A DNA stretch of 64,000 bases. Origin: an uncultured Clostridium sp. GTDB lineage: Bacteria; Bacillota; Clostridia; TANB77; CAG-508. The stretch spans positions 48,927 through 112,926 of the forward strand of contig CAMEWM010000002.1 of assembly GCA_945946655.1 (NCBI GenBank), read 5' to 3'. Made by a program: the position numbers and the translations under genes. Numbering within the stretch: position 1 is the first letter of the stretch; each line of letters begins with the position of its first letter. Below are positions 10,027 to 20,199 of the stretch, piece by piece. The notes beneath the pieces were generated by a model that did no database searches, was not told the origin of the DNA, and saw nothing but the letters and a program-made list of their open reading frames with translations.

Positions 10027-10843
10027 ATGCTGTTTTTATTTCAAGTCTTAATTTATCTGCAATCATTGCAATAAATTCGCTATTGGTTGGTTTCCCTTTT
10101 GCAGCCGAAACTGTATACCCAAATATATTCTCTACAACATCTGGCTGTCCTCTTCCCCAAGCAACTTCAATTGCATGACGTATAGCACGTTCAACTCTTG
10201 ATGGCGTTGTATGATATTTTTGAGCAATATCTGGATATAACTGCTTTGTTATTTGATTTATAATATCTATATCGTTTACAACCATCATTATAGCTTCTCT
10301 TAAGTATTGATATCCTTTTATATGTGCTGGAACCCCTACTTCATGAATAACATTTGTTACCAAAGCCTCCAAACTATCCTCATTTTTCTTTTCACTCTGA
10401 GGTATGTCTATGTATTGTGTTTTACTCTCCTTTACTATAAAACTTCCTTTATTATTTGATGGTTGATAATATTTTAGTTCTTTTATTCTTTTTATTAATA
10501 CTTCTATATCAAATGGTTTTACTACATAATACTGTGCTCCTAAAGCAATTGCCTTTTGCGTAATTTTGTCTTGCCCTACTGCTGAAAGCATGATACATAT
10601 CGGTGGATTTTCTAATCTCATTGTATTTAATCTCTCTAGTACACCTAGCCCATCTAAATGTGGCATAATTACATCTAGTAGTACCACATCCGGCTTTATA
10701 GTTGATATTATACTCAATGCCTCTTCTCCATCTTTTGCCATACCAACTACCTGTATAGTATCGTCATTTTCTAAATAATTTGATAAAGTTGTTGCAAATT
10801 CATTGTTGTCATCTGAGATTAAAACGGTTATCTTATCCTTCAC
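10025..10843 (-). CDS. spo0A: Sporulation master regulator Spo0A
   Basis: Receiver domain ([12 protein letters not shown]) plus C-terminal [50 protein letters not shown]; GTG start. Confidence 0.98.
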   Translation of the reverse strand: MKDKITVLISDDNNEFATTLSNYLENDDTIQVVGMAKDGEEALSIISTIKPDVVLLDVIMPHLDGLGVLERLNTMRLENPPICIMLSAVGQDKITQKAIALGAQYYVVKPFDIEVLIKRIKELKYYQPSNNKGSFIVKESKTQYIDIPQSEKKNEDSLEALVTNVIHEVGVPAHIKGYQYLREAIMMVVNDIDIINQITKQLYPDIAQKYHTTPSRVERAIRHAIEVAWGRGQPDVVENIFGYTVSAAKGKPTNSEFIAMIADKLRLEIKTA

Positions 10844-10896
10844 TCTTTCGTTCCCCCTATTCTTAATAATACTACTGTAAAATTTTTACAATTTGT

Positions 10897-10925
10897 ATTA
10901 TATATGCATATGTGTTTTTTTGCAA
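10897..10925 (-). promoter_or_regulatory. sigmaA-type promoter of spo0A
   Basis: TTGCAA-17 bp-TATAAT on the minus strand. Confidence 0.6.
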
Positions 10926-10961
10926 TAGTTTAGAGAGGTTTTTTCCATTTTTTACCATACA

Positions 10962-11618
10962 TTATATTGCTTTTTTTACGAATTTTCGACATATAATATT
11001 ATTTGACTTTATATTAAATGATAAACTGCAATTATCCGAGTTATTATTTTGAATCATATTTTTGTATTCTTCATCATTTATTTCTATTTTATAAAAAATA
11101 GTTTCTCCATATTGTGTATCTATTATATTTATTTTATTTTTTTCACAATAATACTTAAATTTTTCATTATCAGCATATTCTATTTCAACAAGTAACTCTA
11201 ATCCTTTCTCCTGTTTTACTATTATTCCATCCTCTATAGCCTTATTTGCTGTAGCTGAATATACTCTCGTTAGTCCACCTGTGCCTAATAATATTCCTCC
11301 AAAGTATCTTGTTACAACTATTAAAACATTATTCAAGTTATTTTTTTTAATAACATTTAGTATTGGGGCCCCTGCAGTTCCTGATGGTTCTCCATCATCA
11401 CTGCATTTTTCTATAAGATTGTCATTCTCGTCCAAAACACAAAATGCAAAGCAATTATGTTTTGCATCATAATACTTTTTCTTTAGATTATTTATTATAT
11501 TCTCCGCTTCATCTTTATTATTAATATGATATGCATTTGCAATAAATCTTGATTTTTTTTCAATAATTTCAGCTATAGACTGCTCTTCTAAAGTATAAAA
11601 TTCTTTATTACTACTCAT
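10962..11618 (-). CDS. YigZ/IMPACT family protein
   Basis: KKSRFIA, AKHNCFA, SDDGEPSGTAGAPIL, VVTRYFGGILLGTGGL. Confidence 0.95.
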   Translation of the reverse strand: MSSNKEFYTLEEQSIAEIIEKKSRFIANAYHINNKDEAENIINNLKKKYYDAKHNCFAFCVLDENDNLIEKCSDDGEPSGTAGAPILNVIKKNNLNNVLIVVTRYFGGILLGTGGLTRVYSATANKAIEDGIIVKQEKGLELLVEIEYADNEKFKYYCEKNKINIIDTQYGETIFYKIEINDEEYKNMIQNNNSDNCSLSFNIKSNNIICRKFVKKAI

Positions 11619-11651
11619 TGTATTTTTCCTTCCAAAAGTAAATTTTAAAAT

Positions 11652-12923
11652 TTACTGTATTTCACATCCAGCTGTATATCCTGTGGAATATGCAATTTGT
11701 AAATTAAATCCTCCAGTATATGCATCCACATCTATTATTTCTCCTGCAAAAAATAATCCTTTTATCATTTTTGATTCCATAGTTTTTGGATTTATCTCTT
11801 TTATACTTATTCCCCCTGAAGTTACTATTCCTTCCTCTAATGGTCTAAATCCTGATATCACGATAGAAAAATTCTTCAATAATTTTACTAATCTTAGCCT
11901 TTCTTCTTTTGTGATTTCATTAACCTTTTTATTGGCATCTATTGCAGAAAGTTGAATAACTGGATATATAAGTTTTTGTGGTAATAGATCATTTAAGCTA
12001 TTTTTAAACTCTTTATTTTTATTTTCAAAAAAATCTCTTTGAATTCTTGTATCTAACTTTTCTATTGATAAAGCTGGTTTTAAATCTATTATTAGTTTTA
12101 TATTTTGCTCTTTTATCACATTATCTATATTTTTGTACCTTAGTAAATGTGCGGAAGCACTTAAAATGGTTGGCCCAGATACTCCAAAATGTGTAAATAT
12201 CATTTCTCCAAAATCTTCATATATAACTTTGCTTTTACTGGTGTCCATTATTTTAATAGATATGTTTTTTAGACTTAATCCCTGTAGTTCCTTGCATATA
12301 TTTAGTGATATACCATTTGTTGTTAATGGTACCAAAGATGGCTTGATTTCAGTTATAGTATGTCCTAATTTTTTTGCTATTTCATATCCATCTCCAGTAG
12401 ATCCCGTTTCTGGATAAGTTTTTCCTCCTGTTGCTAATATTACTTTATCTGTCTCTATCTTTTTTGATTGTCCATTTTTATCTATATAGTGTACATACTT
12501 TACTTCATTCTCCTGTGTTTCTATATTTGTAACTCTTGCATTAAATTTAATTTTAACTTGTTTGTTTTTTAATTCTTTTTCAAAAGCATTTAATACATCA
12601 GAAGACTTATCCGATACTGGAAATATTCTATTTCCCCTTTCTTCTTTAACCCTTACTCCTTGTTCTTTTAAGAAATTTATTATGTCTATATTAGTATAAT
12701 TATCAAAAACACTATATAGGAATCTTCCATTTCCGGGAATATTTGATATAAAGTCTTTTATGTCCAAACTACTTGTAATATTGCATCTTCCCTTGCCTGT
12801 TATTAGCAATTTTTTTCCAAGCTTACTATTTTTTTCTAATAAGTAAACCTCATTGTTATTTTTGCTAGCTGATATAGCAGCCATCATTCCAGCTGGGCCA
12901 CCACCTATTACAGTAACTCTCAT
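11652..12923 (-). CDS. HI0933/BaiN-family NAD(P)/FAD-dependent oxidoreductase
   Basis: GGGPAGMMAA, GKKLLITGKGRCNITS, ATGG..YP.TGSTGDG, GEIIDVDAYTGGFNLQIAYSTG. Confidence 0.95.
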   Translation of the reverse strand: MRVTVIGGGPAGMMAAISASKNNNEVYLLEKNSKLGKKLLITGKGRCNITSSLDIKDFISNIPGNGRFLYSVFDNYTNIDIINFLKEQGVRVKEERGNRIFPVSDKSSDVLNAFEKELKNKQVKIKFNARVTNIETQENEVKYVHYIDKNGQSKKIETDKVILATGGKTYPETGSTGDGYEIAKKLGHTITEIKPSLVPLTTNGISLNICKELQGLSLKNISIKIMDTSKSKVIYEDFGEMIFTHFGVSGPTILSASAHLLRYKNIDNVIKEQNIKLIIDLKPALSIEKLDTRIQRDFFENKNKEFKNSLNDLLPQKLIYPVIQLSAIDANKKVNEITKEERLRLVKLLKNFSIVISGFRPLEEGIVTSGGISIKEINPKTMESKMIKGLFFAGEIIDVDAYTGGFNLQIAYSTGYTAGCEIQ

Positions 12924-12937
12924 ATTTATTCCTCCAT

Positions 12938-14200
12938 TTATATTTTTAACATATATTCTACTGCATTAATTAAGCCTAGTTTGCCATATTCATATGTTAA
13001 TGCTCCTTGTTGGAATCCAACGAATGGTTCTCTTAATGGACCATCACAAGAAAGTTCTATTGAAGAACCTTGTGTAAAACTTCCTGAAGCCATTATGATA
13101 GGATCTATATATCCTGGTGTTTCACATGGCTCTGGTAAAGAATCTGAATCTATTGGCGAACCTGTTTGTATACCTTGACAATATTTTATTAATTTATCTC
13201 TATCACCAAATTCTATTGTTTGTACAATATCTACTCTTTCTTCATTATATTTTGGTTCTACTTTATATCCCAAACTATCCATTACCTTACTAGTTAATAT
13301 AGCTGTTTTTACACTTGATCTAACCACACTTGGAGCAAAAAACAATCCTTGTAAAAAACTTCTATTTATTCCTAATGTAGGTCCAACTCCTTTTCCTTCT
13401 CCCGGAACAGTTAGTCTTTCTGCAGCAAGTTTCACTAAATCCTTTCTTCCTGCAATGTAAGCTCCATTTGGTGCAATTCCTCCACCTAAGTTTTTTATTA
13501 AAGACCCAACTATTACATCTGCTCCTACTTCTAATGGCTCTTTTTTGCCAACAAATTCACAATAACAGTTGTCTATCATAATTATTACATCTTTATCTAC
13601 TTCTCTTATTCTTTTTATAACATTCTCTACTTTATTTAATGAAATGCTTTTTCTTAATGCATATCCTTTTGATCTTTGTATCTCAATTAATTTTACCTTA
13701 GATTTTTTTAGTCTTTCTACTATTTTTTCATAGTCAAAATCATCATTTATTAAATCTATTTGCTCATATTTTATTCCAAAAGATTTTAAAGAACTAGCAT
13801 TTTCTGCAATTCCTATTACCTCATCTAGTGTGTCATATGGTTTTCCATTAATACTAAGCATAGTATCTCCTGGCCTTAAAAAAGCAAATAGTGCTACAGT
13901 TAGAGCATGCGTACCAGATATAAATTGACCTCTAACAATACAATCTTCTGCGTGAAAAACTTCTGCAAAAACTTTTTCTATTTTTTCCCTTCCTATATCA
14001 TCATATCCATATCCGGTTGTGCTTCCAAAGTCAGTTTCCGTTACTCTATTTTTTTGAAACGCTGTTAATACTTTTTCACTATTAAATTCACATATTTCAT
14101 CTACAATTTTATATTGTTCTTTTAACTCTGATTCTGCTTTATTTACTAGCTCTCTTACTTTATTTTTTATATCTTCCATTTTTACTAATTTTCCTTTCAT
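12938..14200 (-). CDS. YnbB-like methionine gamma-lyase / aluminium-resistance family PLP enzyme (likely start 14179)
   Basis: TGYGYDDIGRE, QFISGTHAL, DNCYCEFV, GSLIKNLGGG, GSFTQGSSIELSCDGP. Confidence 0.92.
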   Translation of the reverse strand: MKGKLVKMEDIKNKVRELVNKAESELKEQYKIVDEICEFNSEKVLTAFQKNRVTETDFGSTTGYGYDDIGREKIEKVFAEVFHAEDCIVRGQFISGTHALTVALFAFLRPGDTMLSINGKPYDTLDEVIGIAENASSLKSFGIKYEQIDLINDDFDYEKIVERLKKSKVKLIEIQRSKGYALRKSISLNKVENVIKRIREVDKDVIIMIDNCYCEFVGKKEPLEVGADVIVGSLIKNLGGGIAPNGAYIAGRKDLVKLAAERLTVPGEGKGVGPTLGINRSFLQGLFFAPSVVRSSVKTAILTSKVMDSLGYKVEPKYNEERVDIVQTIEFGDRDKLIKYCQGIQTGSPIDSDSLPEPCETPGYIDPIIMASGSFTQGSSIELSCDGPLREPFVGFQQGALTYEYGKLGLINAVEYMLKI

Positions 14201-14268
14201 AACCTCTAAGTAAAATAGCTCAATTTTATTATAATGTTTAAAATTGAGCTATCATTTGTTTAATAATT

Positions 14269-16059
14269 TTATAATTCATTTGAATAATATGATATTTGGT
14301 AAATACTGCTAACTTCATAATATTCACCTATAAATTTAGGGTCATAATCACTTAATTCATATGTTGGTTCCTTAATTATATTTGCATCCTTATCTATTAC
14401 TCCCCATTTACCATTTAGTTTAATTGCTCCAAATCCATATTCATTAATATTCGTTGCCATTTCATATTTAAACTCTACAACCGTATTTCCATCTTTATCA
14501 ACATATCCCCATTTTCCATCTTGTTGTTTTGCAAATATTTTATTTCCATTAAATATTTTATTCGCTTCTTGTTTATTACCATCAAAATCAAAATATTCTA
14601 TATTATTGGCACTTGCAACTTCTATATAATTATCTTTTATATATATTCTAGCATCATTTTGCGTTGCTACTTTTTCCATTTTTTTATTATAAAATTCAGA
14701 GGTATTTGTAGCAGAATCAATTACCTGTATCATGTTTGTTCCTCTTATATTTTGTATTATATCTTTTTCTACTGGAATAATTATATTGTTATTTGCATCT
14801 AATACTCCTGATTTTCCCTCTAATGATACTATAAAATAGTTATCAAAAGTATACTCTATATATGAATATTTATTTTCCAATATATTTGTTTTATTTGAGT
14901 CTATTACTCCATATTGATTGCTTCTATTTATCGTTATACTATATTTTCCATCTGCCACTGTATCTAAGCTTTTATAGCTGTCTTCATTTTGCAACGTTCC
15001 TGTAACATCAAATACTAATAATTTTCCATCTTTATTAGCATTTAGATATTTACCTGCAAAAGTTATATTTTCATATTGTATAGGAAGTATCATATTTCCT
15101 TCCAAATCATATACTCCTTGCTTTGCATTTTTTTGTAAAACAAAAATATTATTTACTGAATCAAATTCAATATTTTCATATTCGTTTTCTATTAATGTTT
15201 GCCCATTCTTTAAGACTCCTGCTTTTCCATTGTTATATGTGATTAGGTATATAAGATTATCATCTTTTAATTCAGTTATCCTTTTAATATTAGTATACAT
15301 AGTGTCTAAGATTTGTCTTCCTTTGTAATTTATATACCCATATCTGTATCCTTCATCAGTCCTTATATTTATTATATATCCAGCTTTATCATATTTTGAA
15401 TCAATGTTATAATAACCATCTGTAGCAATAGAATTAAATTCAGTTTTAACTATTTCATTACCATTTATGTCAATTAATCCATATTTTCCATCTTTTTTTA
15501 CTTTTAATATTCCATCTTTATATTCTAGTGTTTCAATACTTTCATAAATAGCTGGAACTATTTCCTTTCCGCTAATACTTATTAATCCATATTTTCCATC
15601 TACACAATATCTTAGAACTTGCGTCTGATAAGTATTATTTATTGAAGTATTGTTGTTTGATATTGCTTGTATGTTTTTATATTTAGTAAGAATTTCTTTA
15701 TTATTGCCGTTTAAAACTTTAGATGTGTTATTAGATTCATAGCACACAAACACCGCTTGTTCTGGGTTAGGAATTTGTATATATTCATACTGTGGCTCAA
15801 TTATTGTTTTTCCTGTTTTATCTATTACTCCAGACTTTCCATTTATAGAAGTAATAAAATAGTTATATTCCGTTATTTCTTGAGGAGTTATCTTCTTGTT
15901 CTTTAATAATCTCGTAATTATTAATGCAACAATTACTACTAAGATGATTAATAAAAGTAATCTTATTAATTTTTTAACATTTCTCTTATTCTTTTTTTTG
16001 CTACCATTTTTTACACTTTTTCTTAAATCATCTGTATTGCCAACTTGGTTTCTACTCAT
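14269..16059 (-). CDS. WG-repeat membrane-anchored protein
   Basis: N-terminal TM followed by many GKYGLID/KWGYVD/KWGVID repeats. Confidence 0.9.
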   Translation of the reverse strand: MSRNQVGNTDDLRKSVKNGSKKKNKRNVKKLIRLLLLIILVVIVALIITRLLKNKKITPQEITEYNYFITSINGKSGVIDKTGKTIIEPQYEYIQIPNPEQAVFVCYESNNTSKVLNGNNKEILTKYKNIQAISNNNTSINNTYQTQVLRYCVDGKYGLISISGKEIVPAIYESIETLEYKDGILKVKKDGKYGLIDINGNEIVKTEFNSIATDGYYNIDSKYDKAGYIINIRTDEGYRYGYINYKGRQILDTMYTNIKRITELKDDNLIYLITYNNGKAGVLKNGQTLIENEYENIEFDSVNNIFVLQKNAKQGVYDLEGNMILPIQYENITFAGKYLNANKDGKLLVFDVTGTLQNEDSYKSLDTVADGKYSITINRSNQYGVIDSNKTNILENKYSYIEYTFDNYFIVSLEGKSGVLDANNNIIIPVEKDIIQNIRGTNMIQVIDSATNTSEFYNKKMEKVATQNDARIYIKDNYIEVASANNIEYFDFDGNKQEANKIFNGNKIFAKQQDGKWGYVDKDGNTVVEFKYEMATNINEYGFGAIKLNGKWGVIDKDANIIKEPTYELSDYDPKFIGEYYEVSSIYQISYYSNEL

Positions 16060-16074
16060 TTAAACATCATCCTT

Positions 16075-17598
16075 TCATTTTTCCTCATTAGTTTTTTTAT
16101 TGATAGTTTGAATATCAAAATAGAATTCAATACCATTTTCTTTATTTATCGCACCATATTTTGAATTGTAGTTATTCATTATAGCCTTAACAAGAGCTAG
16201 TCCTATTCCGCTTCCTCCATCAGATCTATTTCTAGACCCATCTACTTTGTAAAATCTTCCCCATATTCTCTCCAGATCTTCATCAGATAGGGTGTCTCCT
16301 GTATTAAAGACAGATATCCTCACAGTATCATTGTTTTTATTTTCTTTAATTTTAATTTCAATATATTTTTCACCATTAACATCCTTTGTATGTTTTATAG
16401 CATTAGTAAAATAATTAGTAAAAGCTTGCTCTATATAAAACTCATCGGCATATATCATTACAGGCTTGTCCTCATTAAATTTTACTTCTTTTATTCCTTT
16501 TTCTTCAAGCATTACATTACATTTTCTTATTACTTCATTTATCAACTCACAAATATTAAATTGTTCATTATTAAATTCTCGTTTTCCATATTCTAATTTC
16601 ATTAACTCTAATAATTGTCTAACTAGCTTATCCATTTTATTTGATTCATCTAGTATTACTTCAGCATAATATTTTCTAGATTCATCATCTACATTAACGT
16701 TCTCTAATAATCCTTCTGCATATCCTTGAATTAGAGCAATTGGAGTTTTCAATTCATGTGATACATCCGAGATAAATTGTTTTCTCATTTCATCAATTTT
16801 TGATTTTTCTTCTATGTCTCTTTCCAAAGCCAAATTACTACTTCTCAATTGTCCAATTGTCTTTTCTAGTTTCTCAGACATTATATTAATACTATTGCCT
16901 AGTTCATTTATTTCATCATCAGAATCTGTTAATTCATATCTTTGACTGAAATCTAGTTTGGACATTTTATTAGCTATAACATTTAATTCTAAAATTGGAT
17001 TTGTAAACTTCTTCGAAACATATGAAGCAACAATACCTGCAATGATGATTGCAATCATTCCTATTATCAGTAACAAGTTATTAGATATTCTGACACTCTC
17101 TTCTATTGCTGATATTGGTATTTGTATATATAATTTATAGCCATTATCTAATTCTCCTGATAATAATATGCAATTTAAACCATTGAATACAATCTTTTTT
17201 ATTACCATATTTTCTTCTGAATATAATATTCTTTGTCTATTTTTTTCAATCACTCTAAAGCGATTTGTAATATTGCTATTTTGATTAATCATACTAGCAA
17301 AATTTTCGTTTGTAGAAAAAATAAACATATAATTCTCGTCTTCTACTAATATATCAAAATTGTTAGCTAAAGCATCTCTTTTTATTTGATTAAGTACAGA
17401 TGGATCTCCTATATTATACAAATCATTTATGATATTATATTCTTTTTTTACTGCAGATATTTTTGATACTGTATAAAAAGTTTCTAGTACAATGCTGTTC
17501 ATTATAATAAGCAATGCTATTATTAATATAACTATTATACTTAGCGTAAAAAATAACTTAACTCGAACAGATTTAAATTTTTCGCTTATTTTATTCAT
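16075..17598 (-). CDS. HAMP-domain sensor histidine kinase
   Basis: Two TM segments, HAMP, H-box SDVSHELKTP, N-box FTNAIKH, G-boxes FYKVD..GSGIGLA. Confidence 0.95.
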   Translation of the reverse strand: MNKISEKFKSVRVKLFFTLSIIVILIIALLIIMNSIVLETFYTVSKISAVKKEYNIINDLYNIGDPSVLNQIKRDALANNFDILVEDENYMFIFSTNENFASMINQNSNITNRFRVIEKNRQRILYSEENMVIKKIVFNGLNCILLSGELDNGYKLYIQIPISAIEESVRISNNLLLIIGMIAIIIAGIVASYVSKKFTNPILELNVIANKMSKLDFSQRYELTDSDDEINELGNSINIMSEKLEKTIGQLRSSNLALERDIEEKSKIDEMRKQFISDVSHELKTPIALIQGYAEGLLENVNVDDESRKYYAEVILDESNKMDKLVRQLLELMKLEYGKREFNNEQFNICELINEVIRKCNVMLEEKGIKEVKFNEDKPVMIYADEFYIEQAFTNYFTNAIKHTKDVNGEKYIEIKIKENKNNDTVRISVFNTGDTLSDEDLERIWGRFYKVDGSRNRSDGGSGIGLALVKAIMNNYNSKYGAINKENGIEFYFDIQTINKKTNEEK

Positions 17599-17609
17599 AT
17601 TATCCTCTA

Positions 17610-18287
17610 TTATTTTACTTCAAATTTATATCCTATTCCTCTAATCGTTTCTATATATTTTCCTTTTTTCCCTAGTTTGTGTCGTATCTTTTTTATGTGA
17701 CTATCAATAGTCCTTGAATCCCCATAATAATCGTAATTCCATACATTATTTAGTATTTTGTCTCTTGATAGTGCTATTCCTTGGTTTTCCACTAAATATA
17801 CAAGTAGTTCATATTCTCTCAAACTCAATTCTATATTTTTTCCATCAACAGATACTGTTCTTCCCTGGTTATCTATTTTTATTCCTCCATAATCCTTAAC
17901 TTCTTTGCTATCTCCTGATGTTCTTTTTAAAATTGCTTCTACCCTTGCAACTAATATTTTAGGACTAAATGGTTTTGATATATATTCATCTACTCCTAAT
18001 TCAAATCCAAATAGCTCATCTTGCTCTTCACCTCTAGCAGTAAGCATTATTATTGGTACTTTTGAGGTTTGTCTTATCTGTCTTAGAACTGACCAACCAT
18101 CTAACTTTGGCATCATTACATCTAACAAAATTAATCTTATCTTATTTTCATTTTCAGTAAATATTTTTAATGCTTCCTCTCCATCTGCTGCTTCTATTGT
18201 ATTATAATTTTTTTGCTTTAGGAAATCTTTTATTAATTTTCTCATTCTTTCTTCATCATCAACTATAAGAATAAATTCGCTTTCCAC
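17610..18287 (-). CDS. OmpR/PhoB-family response regulator
   Basis: IVDDE, LLDVMMP, KPFSP and winged-helix RTIDSHIKKIRHKL..TIRGIGYKF. Confidence 0.95.
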   Translation of the reverse strand: MESEFILIVDDEERMRKLIKDFLKQKNYNTIEAADGEEALKIFTENENKIRLILLDVMMPKLDGWSVLRQIRQTSKVPIIMLTARGEEQDELFGFELGVDEYISKPFSPKILVARVEAILKRTSGDSKEVKDYGGIKIDNQGRTVSVDGKNIELSLREYELLVYLVENQGIALSRDKILNNVWNYDYYGDSRTIDSHIKKIRHKLGKKGKYIETIRGIGYKFEVK

Positions 18288-18374
18288 TTTTATACATCCT
18301 TTCTTAAAATATGTTTTATATGTAAGATTTTAAAATATTTTTGTGTCTTTCATATGTCCTTTTGTCAAAATTTG

Positions 18375-19523
18375 CTATTTATTTTTTTCATTTAAAGCTT
18401 TTACTTCTTTTTTAGCATCTTTTTCCAATTTTTCCATATTTTCTGTATTTTTTATTTCATCTATAGCATTGATGTATATATTTTTTCCAGGATATGCTAA
18501 TTTTACATTTTCTGACTCAAGAATTTTAATAAGCTCCAAATTAATAGTGTCCTTAAATACTAAATATTCAGTATAATCGGTTTTTGAAGTATTCATGTAT
18601 ATAAATAATTTTATACCTTCGGTATCAATATTATCAAAATGAACTTCTAATGTATCTTCTAATATATCTGGATTAGTTTTTAAAACAAATCTAATTTTAT
18701 TTAACAATTTGTTTATTTTTTCTTCCGATGTATGTAAAGGTAAATTTAATGTTACCGAATATCTTCTTCTATCGATATTTCCCCAATTTTTTACATAGCT
18801 TTCTGCAATTGTAGAATTATTTATAGTAATAATTGTATTATCTACGGCCTTTATTTTTGTACTCCTGTAAGTCATATCAACAACAGTTCCTGAATAATTT
18901 CCTACTTCTATCCAATCTCCAACTTTAAAAGGTTTGTCTGTTATTATTGCAAATCCTCCAAATAAATTTTTAGCAATGTCTTGAGCAGCAAAAGCTATAA
19001 TAACACTTGATATTCCAAGCCCAGTAACTAATCCTCCTATATTATATCCTAATTCTAATAAAACTAAATATCCAGCAATAACATACACTACTGCTTTTAT
19101 TAATTTACTTATAAAACTATTTAGTTGTTTATCACCACTATAATTAGTCTTCTCTTCCAATTTATCAAATATAATGGACTTTGGATGAAAAGAATTTGCC
19201 AATCCATTTGCAAAGCATATTATAGTCAATATTTTATATAACTTGATAATATTTACTTTTGCTGCATCTGATACATTTAATAACATAATTGCAATATATA
19301 TACCTGTTATTCGTATAAACGTACTTATTGGTTTATAAAAAGCATTTGCTTTTATTTTCTTTTTATCTTTTACTTTAAAATTAAATATTTTTATTATTAA
19401 ATAACTTATAAAACGGCTAACCATAAAAAATAATATTACAACTATCAGAGAAATTAACACATCTATAATATTTTCCATTGTAATACTTTTTATTCCATTT
19501 ATAAAATTTTCAATTATATTCAT
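18375..19523 (-). CDS. mscS: Small-conductance mechanosensitive channel family protein
   Basis: FAAQDIAKNLFGG..DKPFKVGDWI..GTVVDMTYRSTKI. Confidence 0.9.
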   Translation of the reverse strand: MNIIENFINGIKSITMENIIDVLISLIVVILFFMVSRFISYLIIKIFNFKVKDKKKIKANAFYKPISTFIRITGIYIAIMLLNVSDAAKVNIIKLYKILTIICFANGLANSFHPKSIIFDKLEEKTNYSGDKQLNSFISKLIKAVVYVIAGYLVLLELGYNIGGLVTGLGISSVIIAFAAQDIAKNLFGGFAIITDKPFKVGDWIEVGNYSGTVVDMTYRSTKIKAVDNTIITINNSTIAESYVKNWGNIDRRRYSVTLNLPLHTSEEKINKLLNKIRFVLKTNPDILEDTLEVHFDNIDTEGIKLFIYMNTSKTDYTEYLVFKDTINLELIKILESENVKLAYPGKNIYINAIDEIKNTENMEKLEKDAKKEVKALNEKNK

Positions 19524-19540
19524 ATTTTTCTTCCTTCTAT

Positions 19541-20065
19541 CTAATATTCTTCTTTTTCTTCTTTCTTATTCCATTCGATAAATGGATATTCGCAACAAGG
19601 ATTGTTTAATATTTTTTCTTCTACTATTTGATTGTTTCCTTTAATATATTCTTCTATTTTTTCATCTCTAAATCCGCTATTTGCAGCACTATCATATTCC
19701 TGCGAATAGTAAATTGTTCTAATATTCGCCCAACAAGCAGCCGCTAAACACATAGGACAACATTTAGCCGTTGTCACTAGTATACAATTTTCTAATGACC
19801 TTGTATTTAATGCCTTGCATGCACTTCTTATCGCATTTACTTCTGCATGAGCTATTGGATCTTTTGACCTAATTACAGTATTTCTTTCTATTAGTAATAT
19901 AATATATCTTCCATTGTCTTTCTTATATATAATTCCGGCTCCAAAAGGGCCACCTATATTATTTTTTACTCCATCGACAGCATATTTTGCAGCAAGTTCA
20001 TACACCATATTTACACATTCTTCTAAATTATCATACTCATTATTTTCAGTTTCATAATTAAACAT
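19541..20065 (-). CDS. Guanine deaminase-like zinc deaminase (cytidine-deaminase fold)
   Basis: GGPFGA, DPIAHAEVNAIR, CCPMCLAA..WA, SGFRD; start moved to ATG 20065 by the AAAGGA RBS (track start 20122). Confidence 0.85.
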   Translation of the reverse strand: MFNYETENNEYDNLEECVNMVYELAAKYAVDGVKNNIGGPFGAGIIYKKDNGRYIILLIERNTVIRSKDPIAHAEVNAIRSACKALNTRSLENCILVTTAKCCPMCLAAACWANIRTIYYSQEYDSAANSGFRDEKIEEYIKGNNQIVEEKILNNPCCEYPFIEWNKKEEKEEY

Positions 20066-20199
20066 ATTAGATGTTATTCCTTTCGTTTTAACATATTTTA
20101 TTATGCTATATATATTATACAATATTTTTTTATTTTTTCCACTTTTTTCTATGATTTTTTTATTTTTATGTTATAATTAATTGTAAATTAATATTAGGA

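Noticed and set aside
14269-16059. WG repeats as a DNA-level tandem repeat or novel system
   Set aside because: These are ordinary protein-level repeats of a common clostridial family
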